From Camelus dromedarius (Eukaryota), in assembly GCF_036321535.1 (NCBI RefSeq), contig NC_087437.1:68512001-68576000 (forward strand): a DNA stretch of 64,000 nt, in the 5' to 3' direction. Below are positions 1 to 13,368 of the stretch, one piece after another. The translations under genes and the position numbers were made by a program. The notes beneath the pieces were generated by a model, which was not told the origin of the DNA, searched no databases, and saw only the letters and a list, made by a program, of their open reading frames with translations. Position 1 is the stretch's first letter; every line of letters starts with the position of its first letter.

Positions 1-130
1 GAGTACGTCTCAGTGGCAGAGTGCATAGCTAGCATGGACAGGGTCCTGGGTTCAATCCCCAGCACCTCCATTTAAAATAAATAAATAAAAATCTGATTAC
101 CTCACCACCAAAATAAAATAAATACAAATA
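1..130 (+). mobile_element. tRNA-derived SINE, camelid Vic-1-like (5' end cut by window edge)
   Basis: Pol III A-box-like CTCAGTGGCAGAG, B-box GGGTTCAATCCC, then CAGCACCTCC and an A-rich (AAAT)n tail; homologous to the copy at 52.8 kb. Confidence 0.85.
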
Positions 131-1002
131 CGAATGCGAAATTATTTTAAAATGCTCCAAAAAATAATAGTTTAATTACAAAAAAAAAAAAAAAAAAAGA
201 CGGGGAAAAAAGTCAATTCCAGGTATTCTAGAATTTCTGAATGGTGCCTGCCACCTAAAGGTATGAGCACTATGGTCCAAACTGGAACATCTCTGATGCT
301 CTACACAGCCCCATAGCTTCTTCAGTATCCTATTCTGTCCAGGTGTTGTGGTGGCCCCAGGCAAACAGTAGAAATCAGTATAGCACTGACTGAACCTAAC
401 TTTTGTCATGATGCCCCAGAGTTCTCTACTCACACTCTTGGGGAAGGCAAAAACAAAAATAAAAAAACAGGAAAGGTGGGAACTAACAACTGATGAAAAG
501 AAAGGCAGGCACTTTCTTCTGGGAATAATGAATCCATGCTCAGAAAATATGGGCAAGCACTGCTTTGCTTCATTTGATTTTTATTCACTTCATAATGACA
601 GTTAAGCGAGGCAAGTGCCAGGTCCTGAAATCGCTCTTCGTTGAGGTTCTAGGGAATGTTTCTTTCTCACAAACCGCTTGTCAGAGCATAGCGTATAGCA
701 TGGGAGAGCTTGTGTCTCTGGAATGAGAGAAAAGCAGCATTCAGACGCAGACTAGTGATTTCTGTGCTGTTGTTTATTACTATCTTTCCGGTTGTATTAG
801 TTCTTAATTAAAGTGAAATGGACATCTTTCTTGAAAATATTACCCTTTTTTCTTTGGTTTTGAGTTTTGTCCACCATAGAGGGTTTGCTAGTTCTTACTT
901 AGGGTAAACATAATATTGACCAAACCTAAAATCTCCGTTGGATAGGGATTTACTGAGGGTTCAGATAAACAAACAAACAAACAGGAAAAACATCAGAAAT
1001 CA

Positions 1003-1120
1003 TTTTTCTCTCTCTGTCTATGTCTCTCAGTTTCTCTGTGTGTGTCTGTCCTTGTAGTTGAGTATATATCTCTCTTTGTCTCACTCTCTCTGTTCATCTC
1101 TGTCTCTTCTCTTTTTCTCC
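1003..1120. repeat. Degenerate (TC/TG)n pyrimidine-rich tract
   Basis: Seen directly; ends in CTTTTTCTCCAG. Confidence 0.7.
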
Positions 1121-1122
1121 AG

Positions 1123-1522
1123 AAGCCACCCCCTTCCCCATCACCTCTTCCCCACAATGGTGGTAAAATGGTGGATTTACATTGGATTCCAGATTCACTG
1201 CTGGAAACACCGCCTTGAGCCTGGCTCAGAATATGTCTGTTCTGGAAACCTCCCTCACACTGGACTATTAGATCCACACAGACCTGCTGTAACCTGACAT
1301 TCTGGCCCCTAGATTCCCTCAGGTACCTCATGTCTTGCTGCTGAGCTTGGAGTTCCAGACCATTACATCCTGAAGATCAGGCCAAGGATGTGGGCATTGA
1401 TTTCCAACGGTAACATGCCAGTGCGGTCACCTCTCTGTGTCGTCCTATGTCCTTTTCAGTCTCAGGGCCAGAAAAGAAAAAGAAAAAGGTTTGGACTTGA
1501 CAGTGGGAAAAATAAAAATAAA
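1123..1522 (+). other. Candidate exon (internal 1123-1322 or terminal to about 1522) of an unidentified gene
   Basis: Strong acceptor at 1121-1122, unique complex sequence, possible donor CAG|GTACCT at 1323, AATAAA at 1511, 1517 and 1554; peptide not recognised. Confidence 0.3.
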
Positions 1523-2799
1523 GAGGCTTTTTTTTAAACCCCCAAAATGGGAAAATAAATTATGGAGAATTATGTCACATCAAGAAAAACATGATTAAAA
1601 TAACCTGATATGAATATTCATCCATGGCTTGACAGAGGGCAGGAGCGAGGGGACTGATTGCAGCTTACTGCTAACAGAGATCTCTTTCAGAGAACTGCAT
1701 TCTAAAAGAATTTGTGATGAGGTCTGCTGGCCTAAACTGTGGGACTCTTTTTTTTTTTTTTTTTTTTTTGGTCTGTTTCTTTTTTTGTTTTTTTTAATCT
1801 TGGCATTTTGGATGCCCAGCTTCCTGCTGAAGAGCATTTCTCTCTAATCACAACAAGGCCAGGTGCTTTGCCTCACTCACACCAGGCCGTTTGAGGTGGA
1901 CTCACTGCAGAGGCGAGGAATCACATTATCATGACAACTGATTACCCTTTGTATGCTTTCTCTCTGTCCACACAATGAAAATGATGCTTAATGTATTATT
2001 AATTATTCCTCCATCTCCAGTGTTTAAAGAACAACCATAGCCCTCTGTTCAGCCACATCATCTTCCCTGTTCCAAGGTTTCTTTTCCTCAAACTCTTCCA
2101 ATCTCACCTTCTGAAAGTACTGCCCAGTTGCATTCTCTGTGTTAATAACACGTTCTGTATCTGCACTGTCCAATACTATATTTGAAAACAAAGCTTAAGG
2201 CTCTGATGTTAGCAGAGCGTTCTAAATCACAGACGTGTTCCAGAATCCAAACTGTCAAGTAATGTGCACAAGTAAGTCTGTACATACACATGCATGCTTT
2301 TATTCTCTAAGAACAATTTTTCTTTTAACTTTTCTAATTTCAAATCACTCATCATCATTTGTCATCGAATCACAACCTCACTACTCAGCCATCAGAGTTG
2401 CAGAGGACTCAAGAAGATAAAATGTGACATTTTTAACTTCACTCTACTGTTCTCCAAATAGCTAACACACAGGTACTGGGAAGCACAATGACACTTCACA
2501 TCAAAATGATGAGCACTGAGCAGGAGCAATCATTTCTGATTTGAATATTCCATGGAGATTTTCATCAAATCTGAGATAACCACAGTCTGTTCTTTAATCT
2601 AGTATTACCAATGTTTAAAATGAATTAAAGTCAATAACATTGCCATTGGTGTTTACATATAAATCAATCTATGCCTAAAGAAAAGTGTTAAAGTAGTCTT
2701 CGACTGTATCTCTGTAACACTGGAAGGAATCATTCAATTGTCTGATCAGTGAGATGAAACAAATTGCTTGTTTAAATTTGATGGTTATAGTAATAAAAT

Positions 2800-3075
2800 A
2801 ATAACTATTATTATTATTACTACTATTACTTATTCACTATCGATTATAGCTAGGCACTGTCTTAAATGTTTACCTTTATATGTAACTATATACAATTATA
2901 TATATTTAATTATAAATATTATGTAGTATATATAATGTACATATATATGTATAACTGTTATACCCATTGTACTTATAAATGAGACAAATGGAAGTTAAGT
3001 AATTTCCCCAAGGCCAGCCCAAGTTGGCATTCAAATGCAGGCAGTCTAACCACAGAGCCTCCGCTCCTAGTTAGC
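2800..3075 (-). mobile_element. MIR SINE remnant with internal TA-rich expansion
   Basis: MIR core motifs (AAATGAGACAAAT..GTTAAGTAATTTCCCCAAGG..TTCAAATGCAGGCAGTCT). Confidence 0.7.
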
Positions 3076-3509
3076 ATCTAGCCCACCCCCTGCATAGGGG
3101 GAAGCAACAAATCAGATGACTAACTGTTCAGTTTTCAACAGCAGATAAATATCAGCCTCAGCAGAAAAACTCTGATTATATGGTCAAAGTAAGTGTTACC
3201 ATATGTATGGCTTAAAATAATTAGAATTTACTCTTGTGACTACAACAGTACAATTATTGACCAGAGCAATGAGATGCTAAAAGCGACAATGAGGAAGTGG
3301 CCAAAGAAATACTGTGAGGCGAACTAGTCTTCTCTTGATAACAGTTACATGCAGTATTCATCCAAGATGTAAAAAGAATATACTGAGAAAGCAACTACGT
3401 TCTGTTGCTACCTTTTGCTAGCTTTCCTATTACAGATGGGAAAAGCACTACATTCCCACTCCTCAGGGTATATTTTCTGGAACTGATATACCATTGACTT
3501 GAAAATCTT

Positions 3510-3950
3510 TCATTGTTGTTGTTGATTGTGGTAAGAACACTGAACATGAGATCTGCCATCTTAACAGATTTTTAAGTACACAATACAGTTGTTAACTGTA
3601 GGTACAGTGTTATACCGCAGATCTTTGTTTATCTTGCATTATGGAAACTTAATACCCTTTGAATAGCAGCTGTCCGTTTTCCTCTCCCCACAGCCCCTGG
3701 CAACCATCATTCTACTCTTTCTATGAGTTTGAATATTTATGATTCCTCATAAAAGTAGAATCATGCGGTATTTGTCCTTCTGTGACTGGCTTATTTTATT
3801 TAGCATCTTGCCCCTCCAGGTTCATCCATATTGTTGCATGTGGCAGGACTGTGTGTATATATGCATTTTCCTTATCCATTTATCTGTCAGTAGGCATTTA
3901 GATTGTTTCCACGTCTTAGGTGTTGTGCATAATACTGCAGTCAAAGTGGG
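3510..3950 (-). mobile_element. L1 3' end fragment (L1MA-like)
   Basis: TTGTGGTAAGAACAC..CAGCCCCTGGCAACCATCATTCTACT..TGTGACTGGCTTATTT, typical antisense L1 3' UTR. Confidence 0.85.
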
Positions 3951-4299
3951 AAGTCTTTCTGACTGACTAACTTGTATTCCTCTTCTTTGACTATTTTCTC
4001 TTTTTCTTTTTAATTGGACATTCTTTCCTGTAACATTTCCCACAACTGCCTAACATTTTATATTATGCAGTGAAAACAGCCACTTCTGAGGTCAGAGGTT
4101 GCCTTTTTTTCAGCTCTTTCCACTCTGTTTCATTTCTTGTATCGCCACTGTCCATGCCGCCTATTCAGGGGGAGCCTTTGAAAAGAGGTTTCCCAAGGAG
4201 CTTATTTTTGAAAAACTTAGATTGTATGTGATTGAAGATATGGGACTGCGAGTAATTAGGGGTGACAATCTCAATTCATTCTCTTCCTACCTAGAACAG

Positions 4300-4830
4300 G
4301 GGGATATCAGAGTTTGAAATGACCTCAAAGACCATCCTGAATCCCTTATTTCAGGATTACTCAGCCCTGTTGAAACACCTCCAGTCATACAGAAGACTCA
4401 CTGCTGTATAAAGATCACTGTGTTTTCCAATAGCTCTAATCATTAGAGTCTTCTTTTTTAAAAATACTTCTTTAACTTTTCCAAGTTGAATCTAATTCTA
4501 CACTTTAGGCCAAAGTAAGTCTAGTGTCTTTCTTACATGACAGTTTATGAAATGTTTGCAAATAGTTCTGATGTATCCTTGAACTTTTCTCTATGCTAAG
4601 TATGCTCATTTGCTTTCTTATTAAGTGTTTCTCATGTTGAGATGTCTCCTCACTTTGCTTTCCTGAGTGGCCTCTCCTGAGTTGACTCAGTTGATCAAAT
4701 GTCTCATTGGCTGCCCGGAAACAAATGTAGGAGGTGAGCAATATTTGATCAGCCAGAGTGGATGGGGAAGACCTTTTCCTCTGTCCTGGATGTGGTCTCT
4801 CTAATAATGCATCTTCAGGTCAACTGGAGC
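4300..4830 (-). mobile_element. CR1/L3 LINE remnant
   Basis: GAAATGACCTCAAAGACCATC..CACCTCCAGT..GACTCACT..AGCTCTAATCATTAG resemble the antisense CR1 3' end. Confidence 0.55.
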
Positions 4831-5039
4831 ATTCATATGATTTTTTGAAATCTTCCTGAATCTCTTATCAGTTCCCCAATAAGCAGAAATCCGGGAGCCA
4901 ATCAAGTATCAAGAAACTGAAAACACCATTCACGGAGGTGTTTTCCTTGTTCTCACCAATGTTCCTAAAGTTTCTAAGACTTTGTTGCTTCTTTGTTGAG
5001 GCTTAAATGTGTTACTGACATGGGTTACATTTTTGTGGA

Positions 5040-5262
5040 CTGGTTAAGATGAGGGGTTCTAGAACCAGACTTCCCTAGCCCTACCACTTACTAGTCATGT
5101 GAACAAGCAAGTTACTTAAGCTAATTTCTTTCTTCATCTGCAAAGTGGGATAATAATTACACCTACTTTATAAGGTTGTTAGAGTCAAATGAATTAGTAT
5201 ATAAAGTACCTCAGGCAGTGCTCAGCCTATGGGGAGTGCTCAAAAAATGTTAGCAATTATTA
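5040..5262 (+). mobile_element. MIR SINE
   Basis: TGGTTAAG..CTACCACTTACTAG..CATCTGCAAAGTGGGATAATAATTACACCTAC..AGCAATTATTATT. Confidence 0.85.
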
Positions 5263-5852
5263 TTAAAATGTGACCTCATTTGGAGTTTTCACAGAAGCAC
5301 ATGACTGAGTCAGATTTCTAATCATTACAACTGGGATTGTGTCCTCACTTTTTACAAAAAATGAAATCCAACAATTAAAAACAAAAAACAAAAAACACAG
5401 TTGAGGAATTCTTTGAGGCTCATGTAGCTCATTGTGGTGTATGCAAGCCAGAAAATCTTCCCCAAGATTACTATAGGAACTATCAAACCACAACATCTTT
5501 GTTCTTGATCCTTGATCTCATGGCCATTTGGCTCATACCTCAGTCACCTACTTTACCAGTTCCAGTTTTCCAAGAAAGGATATTGACCATATAAGCCAAA
5601 TTCCAGCCATAGTGATTGGGGCCCATACTTGGTGCAGTCATCTGGGATTAGGAGTGACCCTCAACAAGGTCACCCAGTCTGGAAGATGGGTACAACAAGC
5701 AAAAGCTGTGCGTGGGACAGCTGTCCTCAGAATAATGGGGGAGGAGAGAGTTAGTGAGGCAATGTTTGATTTGTCTAATACTGTAGTTTCCTTTTCCACT
5801 TTATGGAAGATGATTCTGAACCTTAATTTGCTTGGATGATTTTAATAATGAT

Positions 5853-6296
5853 CAGTGGTGTGCTGGTAAATATTTCATAGCAAGTTTTGAGGGAGAAAAG
5901 AGAGAACACTGATTGCCAGTATTGGCTGTTTTCTGTGGTATAAATATTTCCACCATGGCTAATTCAGGCTACCAAGGTGAAGTCATTGAATGTGAAGTTA
6001 CCAAACATGAATTTGTGAAAAGATGCATATAGCCCTCTATTATATCATATTTTGAACATAAAAATACATTAGATTTTTATAAGCTCAAGGATATATATAT
6101 ATATATATATATATGTAATAAAATATGGTAAAATAATTAAAAAGTAATAAGTTTTGGGTGTTTATTACCTTTCCTTTTAACATAATTTATTTGATTGTAA
6201 ATCTGTATATTTTAATTTAATAGCTGGCAGAATTTTCTGAAAATTTAAAAGTTGGTTCTCACAAGCTTATACAAGCCAGTTCTAGCACATCAAGTG
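5853..6296. mobile_element. hAT non-autonomous DNA transposon (MER63-like)
   Basis: Left end CAGTGGTGTGCTGG with degenerate inverted right end CTAGCACATCAAGTG; internal (TA)n. Confidence 0.7.
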
Positions 6297-7200
6297 CTGG
6301 TAAAATGAGACCATTCAAGACTTGGCCTCTTCCCTTACAGACTCATTGGGAAAATGATGCTTTTACATGCAAACCAATTAGAGAATAATTCAAGATACTA
6401 CACACTTAAATATGAAAAAAGTATGTATAAAGGAAACTTTTTTAGGTATTTCAGAGAAGGAAGGTCTCAGGAATGCCAAAAAAATCAAGAATATCTTCTA
6501 TACATTTTAGTATCATTATTCTGTCTACCTGAACTTCCCAAGATATACTCTAGAGTGCACAAACCTAAAACCAGACTGATCAGACTCTTATAGGGTAAAG
6601 CAAAATAAAGTTCTTCATTGTAGTGTCTTCTGAGGATTTCCAATTGTGAGCTGTAACAGAGGATTAGAAGATTGTTTGGGGGGAGCTGAATTGAGAATTA
6701 CCAGATCCCATAGATCAGATTAATAATTCATAAAGCCTGGACTTGAAGAGAATTATTCGCAAACTGGATTGATAAGACTATTAGAAATAGTCAATGACTG
6801 CCCTTGGGAGACCTTGAGAAAAGTGATCAGGAAAAGTGGCACTTGAGTTTAATAAACTTCAGGCTGCTCAGATATATCTCCTAACTAATGGCTTGTGACA
6901 TCTGTACCCTGGGCTTTGACCAGCGGTGATACCTAGTGCTGTAATTGTCTTGCATATAGAGTACCTGTTTCCAAAGAAAGTTGTTGCTGTGCTGAGAGAG
7001 TAATTACAAAGCTGCCAGAAGGAAGAACAGTCACCCCACCAAGCTCACCATGATTTATTGGATGTATTTGTACTCTTAAACAGATCTGTCTTTTTCTTCC
7101 TGGAATGTTTTCACATTTCAATATGAATCTTTCTTTCCCTGAGCTCACCTCATTTGGATCTGAAATATTGATCTCGTTGACAAAGGACAGAGCCGTATAA

Positions 7201-7231
<31 letters not shown>

Positions 7232-7248
7232 CGTGCACACGTGTGTGT
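7201..7248. repeat. (TG)n microsatellite
   Basis: Seen directly. Confidence 0.95.
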
Positions 7249-8779
7249 TGGAAAGTGAGAGATAGGAAACTTGTGTACAGGTACACAGTGTTCAAAGACA
7301 TGATTCTTTCATATTATTTTGATGATCTAGGAAGATTTAGCACAGAAACTTTTCTTTCTCCTTGAAAATTCTGCTGATATTTTCTACCTTTGAGAAACAA
7401 ACAACATTGGGAGAGTGAAAAAGCCCTTCAGTCTTTTCTGTGACATTTGTCCGTGGAGTCTGTAATAAGAGATGATTTATGAAAGCCCGCCAATGCAAGA
7501 AAATCATGTTTGTGACAAATTCCTTTCCCTCTGTTGCGAATCAGCAGTTTTAGGAATGTAGTCTCCATGGTATCTTAAATACTAAATGTCCTCTATCACA
7601 CGTGTGCATCTTGCTTAAGTTGAGGAGAACCTTGGAAGATTTTAGAATTCTATCTCCCCTTTGGAGAAGTAATCAAAAGTTGCTTTCAGTTAACTTAAGC
7701 ATTTTATCTTCCCGGGAAAATACTTTTGCTTTTCCAAACTCGCAGTCACTGGGGAGCAGTGGAAGGCGTTGGTGCACACCAGACCTTTACTAGATTTTGC
7801 TTCTGCCTCTGATGTTTTTCTCTCTTTTCACAAAGGAACACAGTGTCTCTTGCTTTTTATTGAAATTTTCAATTTCAGTCTTAGAAAGTTAAGTTCCTTT
7901 GGTGGGAAAAAAAATGCCTACACTTCAATTACAGAAAGTCCAAATAGATTAAATTATAAAAATTTTTATGCCAAACTCAGGAAATTGGGTTCAGCATACC
8001 TTTTCTGTCAGAAGAAGCGTGTTAACAAATTTTTCTTTTTGCTCATCAGCACAGGAAAGTAAAATCTGTAGGAAAAAGAATGAAATCATAGTATACACTC
8101 TAGATTCCTTGTTTTTTAGCAGACTAAAGAAAATAAAGCACTATTTCAGGAAAGGTTAGTGTATTCCAGTCCTCAAGACAAAAGAATTAATTAAGTGACC
8201 TCCCTGGGTCCCTTCTGCCCTCTACAGTAGCAGACATGTGATTATGATTCAATTTTGAAATTCTTTTCCTTTTATAAAGCACCTCCTCAACCCTGTGTCA
8301 GGCCCAGTCCCACACAAGTTGAAATGACCATACTTCCAGCACAGGCTGTAGATTTAGTGGGCAAACGAGCTCTGTGTTGAGCTGGAAACCAGGAGATTTG
8401 GCTTTTTGATTCTGCAAACATATGCTATGAGAAGGTGAGTAGAGTTTCTTTAAGAGAAAAATTATATTCAACTTCTCAACTTTTCTTCAGGTAATTTATA
8501 AGAACATTAGGTGTGCTGTAATTAAAACATTTCCACAACAAGATTTCTTAATCCCAGCCATCAGAGGATTGAGAGGAAAATGGAACTTAGTTAAGAAATA
8601 GAAAACTAAGTGTCAAGGTACATTTTCTTCTCTTCGAATAGAGGAGTGGTAACAGTGGTATTCCTGGGAAAAATGTACCAAGATTAGTTTGACTTGATAG
8701 TTGAATAAATGAGTTAGGGGGAGTGTTATATAGGAAAAGTGTTAGGTTTGCAAAGTACCTATACTGTACCTATAAAGTC

Positions 8780-10860
8780 TGTTTGTTTAATATTTTTTGG
8801 ACATCACCCATATGCCAAGTATTGTGGGGAATACAGATGAATAGTTCCTACTTTTAGGTGGCTTATATTCTAGGGTATGATGAAAATATTACTTTTAAAA
8901 CTAGAATATTAAGCGGAAAGTATTACCTGATCCACCAGAGAAGTAAAATACTGTTAACCTTCACAGTACAGAGCACTTACTTCCACCTTGAGAAGAGTCA
9001 AATTTTCATGAGGGCGATGACATTTACACCTGACCTTTTGCCCTTTAGCCTGTGTAATAAAGCTTTCTGAGCACAGGGAACAACATGGCAAAGGTAGAGC
9101 GGGAAAGAGAAAAAAGGCATAAAATAAATTATGTAAGTGAGCAATAAGGAATTGAGGCTTTTGTGGTTACCGCAGTTTTCTTGTTAGCACAGAGACTTTG
9201 CAAGCAGAAGTAGAGAACTTGGATGGGGCCAACTTGTGAGGAGCTGTAAAATGTCAGATTAGGGAATTTGGCCTCAATCCTGGAGATTAAGCGTTCTCAA
9301 CATTTTTCTTCCTTAGCACACATGACAGATGACATTACAACATGCAGGATATGGCCATAGCAAAAGTTTTATACAAATAATTATAACTCTTCAAGAAATG
9401 ATATCATGTAAGTGAATAAGAGTGATTTCTAAAAAAAAAAAAAAAGATGGTCATGAGTTTGTTCTAATTTTTTTAGTGTGAGTCATTCTCAAACATCAGT
9501 ATTTTAATTATTAAGTGATGGCAATTTACTTTTGACATGTGTCAAAATAAACAACACTCTGGTATGCTGAGGTAACTAGGTTGTGGTCCACTGCTACAGG
9601 CCATGGAAACAGTTTAACAGAAGCAGGAGAATGTCATGATTAGAACAGTTTTTTCCAGAAAGACTTTGCAATTGTTAGAAGGTAAATGAGCTTGTTTACG
9701 AGAGAAAACAGAGTAAACAAAACACTGAGCTGCTGTTTTAATATCTAGTTAAGTGATAATGAAGACCTGAACTGGGGAAGTCGTAGTGGAAATGGAAAGG
9801 AGCCTGGAATCTGGAGTTATTACAGGACAATGCTTCTTGTTGACCTAACTGGATTAGGTAAGAGAAGGGAGTTGTGGTGGGTGGTCAGTTGTGGTCAGGA
9901 GAACAGTCACAAATTAAGTAAAGATTCAAGTGGGAAGCTGAGTAGGAAGATGGTCCCATTACAAGAAATTATGAATTCAAGAAGAACAAGTTTACAAAGT
10001 AATAAAGTAAGTGCAGTTTGGCATAATATGAATTTGTGGAGCTTAAAATATACAGTAGCTATTCAACAGGCAGGTGAAATATGGAACCAGCAATTCAGAG
10101 AGAAATATAAGCCAGAGATTGTGATTTGGTAGTCATCCATGATGGGTGATAATTGAAGCCATGGGACTGAGTAAGATTACCATCTTTCACCTCTTTTATT
10201 ACCTCCCTTGATATTTCACTTCTTGCAGGATGATTTACATTTAGAGCTGCAGAGAAGGAAATTAATTCACAGAAATATCATAGAATTGGTAGGAAAAAAA
10301 ATCATAAACAAGAATTCTACAAAAGCCAGGGGACTAGACAAATTCAAACTGGGAGCGATCCATTATATTGAATACGGTATAAAACTTGAGGAAAATAAAA
10401 ATGAAGAAATATCTGTTGAATTTGGAAAAGACTTTTCTTCAAGACAATAGTTTGCATAGAAGCCAGATAACAATGGTTGTTAATGAGCAGGTATAGACTG
10501 TTTGTTTAAGAAATTCACAAATGATTGAAAGTAGAGAGAGAATGTTCCAGAACGCATATCAGTATGGAGAGACCTATATTATGATTGGGGTTTGAGAAAA
10601 TTGTGAGTGGAAATAACAGAAAAATCAGTAATAGAATAATGACTGTGGAAGAAACATACAGAACACTTGTGAGTCTGAGGCCATCGAGAAGGGTCGTAGA
10701 GACACAGTGTGAGGGACAGGAAAGGATTTGGTAATTGTTTGGGTTTTCCAAGAAGCAGATGAATGGGTTTAGATATGTAAGAATATTTTTTTGAAACATC
10801 TTTGAAGGAAATAGGGAAAGGATGAGATGAAGGGACCTGAAGAGATGGGAAAAGCCTTTA
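8780..10860 (-). mobile_element. Long fragmented L2 LINE remnant, probably interrupted at about 9285-9600 by another old element
   Basis: Antisense L2 3' end (TATGCCAAGTATTGTGGGGAATACAG) followed by purine-rich L2 body motifs (GAAGACCTGAACT..GGAAATGGAAAGGAG..GTAGTCATC..TGAAGCCATGGGA). Confidence 0.65.
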
Positions 10861-10864
10861 TACC

Positions 10865-11190
10865 ACAATGCAAGTTTGACATCTATGAAAGAAAAGGAAG
10901 AAGGATTGGAGAGTGAGACTCTCAGACTGTTAGTACAGTTCTAAAAATGTTTTGGCCAGACTGATGGGTACTCTTTGGCTCAGAGTCACCTATTAGAAAA
11001 GCCCCACATCCCTCAGAAATGGATGTGAGTTAGTAACATCACCATGTTCCATCTTTGGCTGAGAGCAGCCCTTGGAAAGGGTAGTTTTGGTGAAATACAG
11101 TGTTTCCAGAGGAGAACAGCTAAGACTGTCGGTCAACTGTACTTTCTGCAGCAGGAGATCAAAGCAGCCCATTTTCATGGCTACCATGTT
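10865..11190. mobile_element. ERVL-type solo LTR fragment (LTR33/LTR41-like) nested in L2
   Basis: GGCTGAGAGCAGCCC..CTGTCGGTCAACT..CAGCAGGAGATC..CATTTTCATGGCTACCA; family recalled by eye. Confidence 0.5.
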
Positions 11191-12289
11191 AGTACAAGTG
11201 AATGTGGTTAATCTCAGAAGAGGAGAAGATAGTAGTATGGGTCAAGCCAATGACTGCTTATGGTGGTAAAGAACAAGGAGTAAGCATCCTGACCACCATG
11301 TCCTTCTGACCCTGTGAGTCTGAGGGAAGAGGAACAGATGCTCCTGAAGAGGATTTTATTAAATAGATGGTCTTGGAGCATCATGGTGCAGGTTGTCTAA
11401 GAGCTAGTCTTAGAATGGCAGAATATCTTTAGGGTAGGCTGGAATGGAGGACTACCATTGATGCCTTCAGTGTCACCGTTCAAGTCAACAGTGATACTGC
11501 TTGGTCCATAGGATTCTCTAGATACTGCTGATTCTTTCTGCAATGCCGAAGACTCTTCCAGTTCCCATCCCAGCTTGACCGCTTGCTGTTTGTATCACAT
11601 TAGATGTGTTGCTTTGTTTTTCTGTTCTCTATCTTCTTCATCTACCAAATGGGAATATCATAGCTCAGAGAATTACTGTGAGGATTAACTTAGTATTTTT
11701 ATGTACTTTGCTTTTAGTTACAATACTGCCATTTGCCTCCTTCCATTAAAACTTTAGTCCTGGGTTTTGGATTGCTTTCCCCCACAATAATTAAACTACC
11801 AACATTTGATTCCTAACTCAATCCCTCACTACTCCCTACTCTCCACCTGTACTGTTGCCACCACCATCAAATTTACCATCTCTTAGTTCTGCTCCACCAC
11901 CGTCATCTGTTTTCTTTGTGCTTTTGTTAGCTCGTGGATCTTTCTTAGGCAAATTACAATAACAGAATAAACCCTGATGCTAAATTTCATTTATGCCAAA
12001 CCTAGAGCACCTGTAGAAGGACTGCTTTAGGAAAAGGTGAAAGATAAAGACATTTATTCCCAGTAGAGCACGGATTTCACAGTGCACAGTAGAAAGGGAA
12101 AAAGAGAAAAAGAAAACAGGTAAGCATGATTTTGACTAAGCAGTAAAGAGTTAGAGTCCTAGAAGAAAGCGCAAAGTTCAGATTTTTCTCTGTGATGATA
12201 AATTTAAATAATAAGAATTGAAACAGAAAACTGGAAAGTACCTAGAAGAATGATTTCCTGTAGATATAACTGATTAACTAAATAGGAGG

Positions 12290-12640
12290 AATTTTAGGAA
12301 AAACACAGTTCTCCTTAACATCTGTGAAATGTGGAGTTTATACTTTAAATTTCTCACAAAGTTCATGTCTCCACTCTTCAAGAAAGATATGATTTAGCAC
12401 AGATATATAAACCAGAGAGAACTTTCTGTAAAATCCAATAAAAATGACCGAGGAAAATAAGAAATACTCCTGAGCATAAGTGAAGATAATTATTACTTTT
12501 CAGTTTGGCAATACAGGATTGAGAGAGAAGACAAATTAAAATCATGAAACAAATTATTTCTCTATTTGTTTATTAAATTTCATTATATTAAAATTTAAAG
12601 TTATTTAAATATGTTAATGTGATTTAATACAAACAAAAAT
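12290..12640 (+). mobile_element. CR1-type LINE remnant
   Basis: CTCCACTCTTCAAGAAAGATAT..CCAGAGAAG-like..TTCAGTTTGG..GATTGAGAGAGAAGAC resembles degraded CR1 ORF2 C-terminus. Confidence 0.45.
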
Positions 12641-12744
12641 TAATCCTACTAAGAAGATGAAAAGTTCTAGAAATAATTAGTCAGTGACATAATACTTCCT
12701 AAAGGAGTGTGGAGATGGGGAAGAAAATATTATTAAATATCAAC

Positions 12745-12950
12745 CAAATTTCAGGCACTTTGATTAGCAATCTATTTATGTTCTCTCATTTAATTCCACC
12801 AATAAACAGGTAAGAGAGGTATTAAGAAATCCATTTTGCACCTGAGAAATTCATGGTCTAGCCTGAAGTCAGTTAGCTAGTGGTATGTGGTGTCCTTAGA
12901 ATTGAAATCCAGTTCTGACTGATTTCAAAATAATGTCATTATATGCCACA
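12745..12950 (-). mobile_element. MIR SINE remnant
   Basis: CTCATTTAATTCCAC..CCATTTTGCACCTGAGAAA..GAAATCCAGTTCTGACTG. Confidence 0.6.
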
Positions 12951-13368
12951 CTGCCTGTGTTAGAAAAAAATTCCATTATCCAGAGCTGTAACTTTTTACA
13001 ATCATCTAAGTGTACTTGCAGTTTTGGTCTATTTTGAAATGAAGGGGCTTGGTAGACTTGCTTACACATGCCTTTTGATGGTGTTCTTCTCAGAGATAAG
13101 TTGCAGAACTGAAGGACTATGGGACTGATAAAGTATAATGTTTTCTCCATAATAAAATTCACTGTCCAGGGCTGGGCCCTCTGACCAGATTAGCACAGCA
13201 ATCATGCAACCTGTACAGTATTCACTCAGTGATTATTCTTGATGCTGAGGTTGATGATACAAAAGAAACTAAGATGTAAATTAGGCAGAACTATGTAGTC
13301 TAATCAGGGCAATTAACAAATCTTTGAAGGGTAATAAGGACAGAAGACGAAGTATTGATGCATATTCT

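Noticed and set aside
1..70. tRNA-like A and B boxes
   Set aside because: SINE head with an A-rich tail and no cloverleaf; not a tRNA gene.
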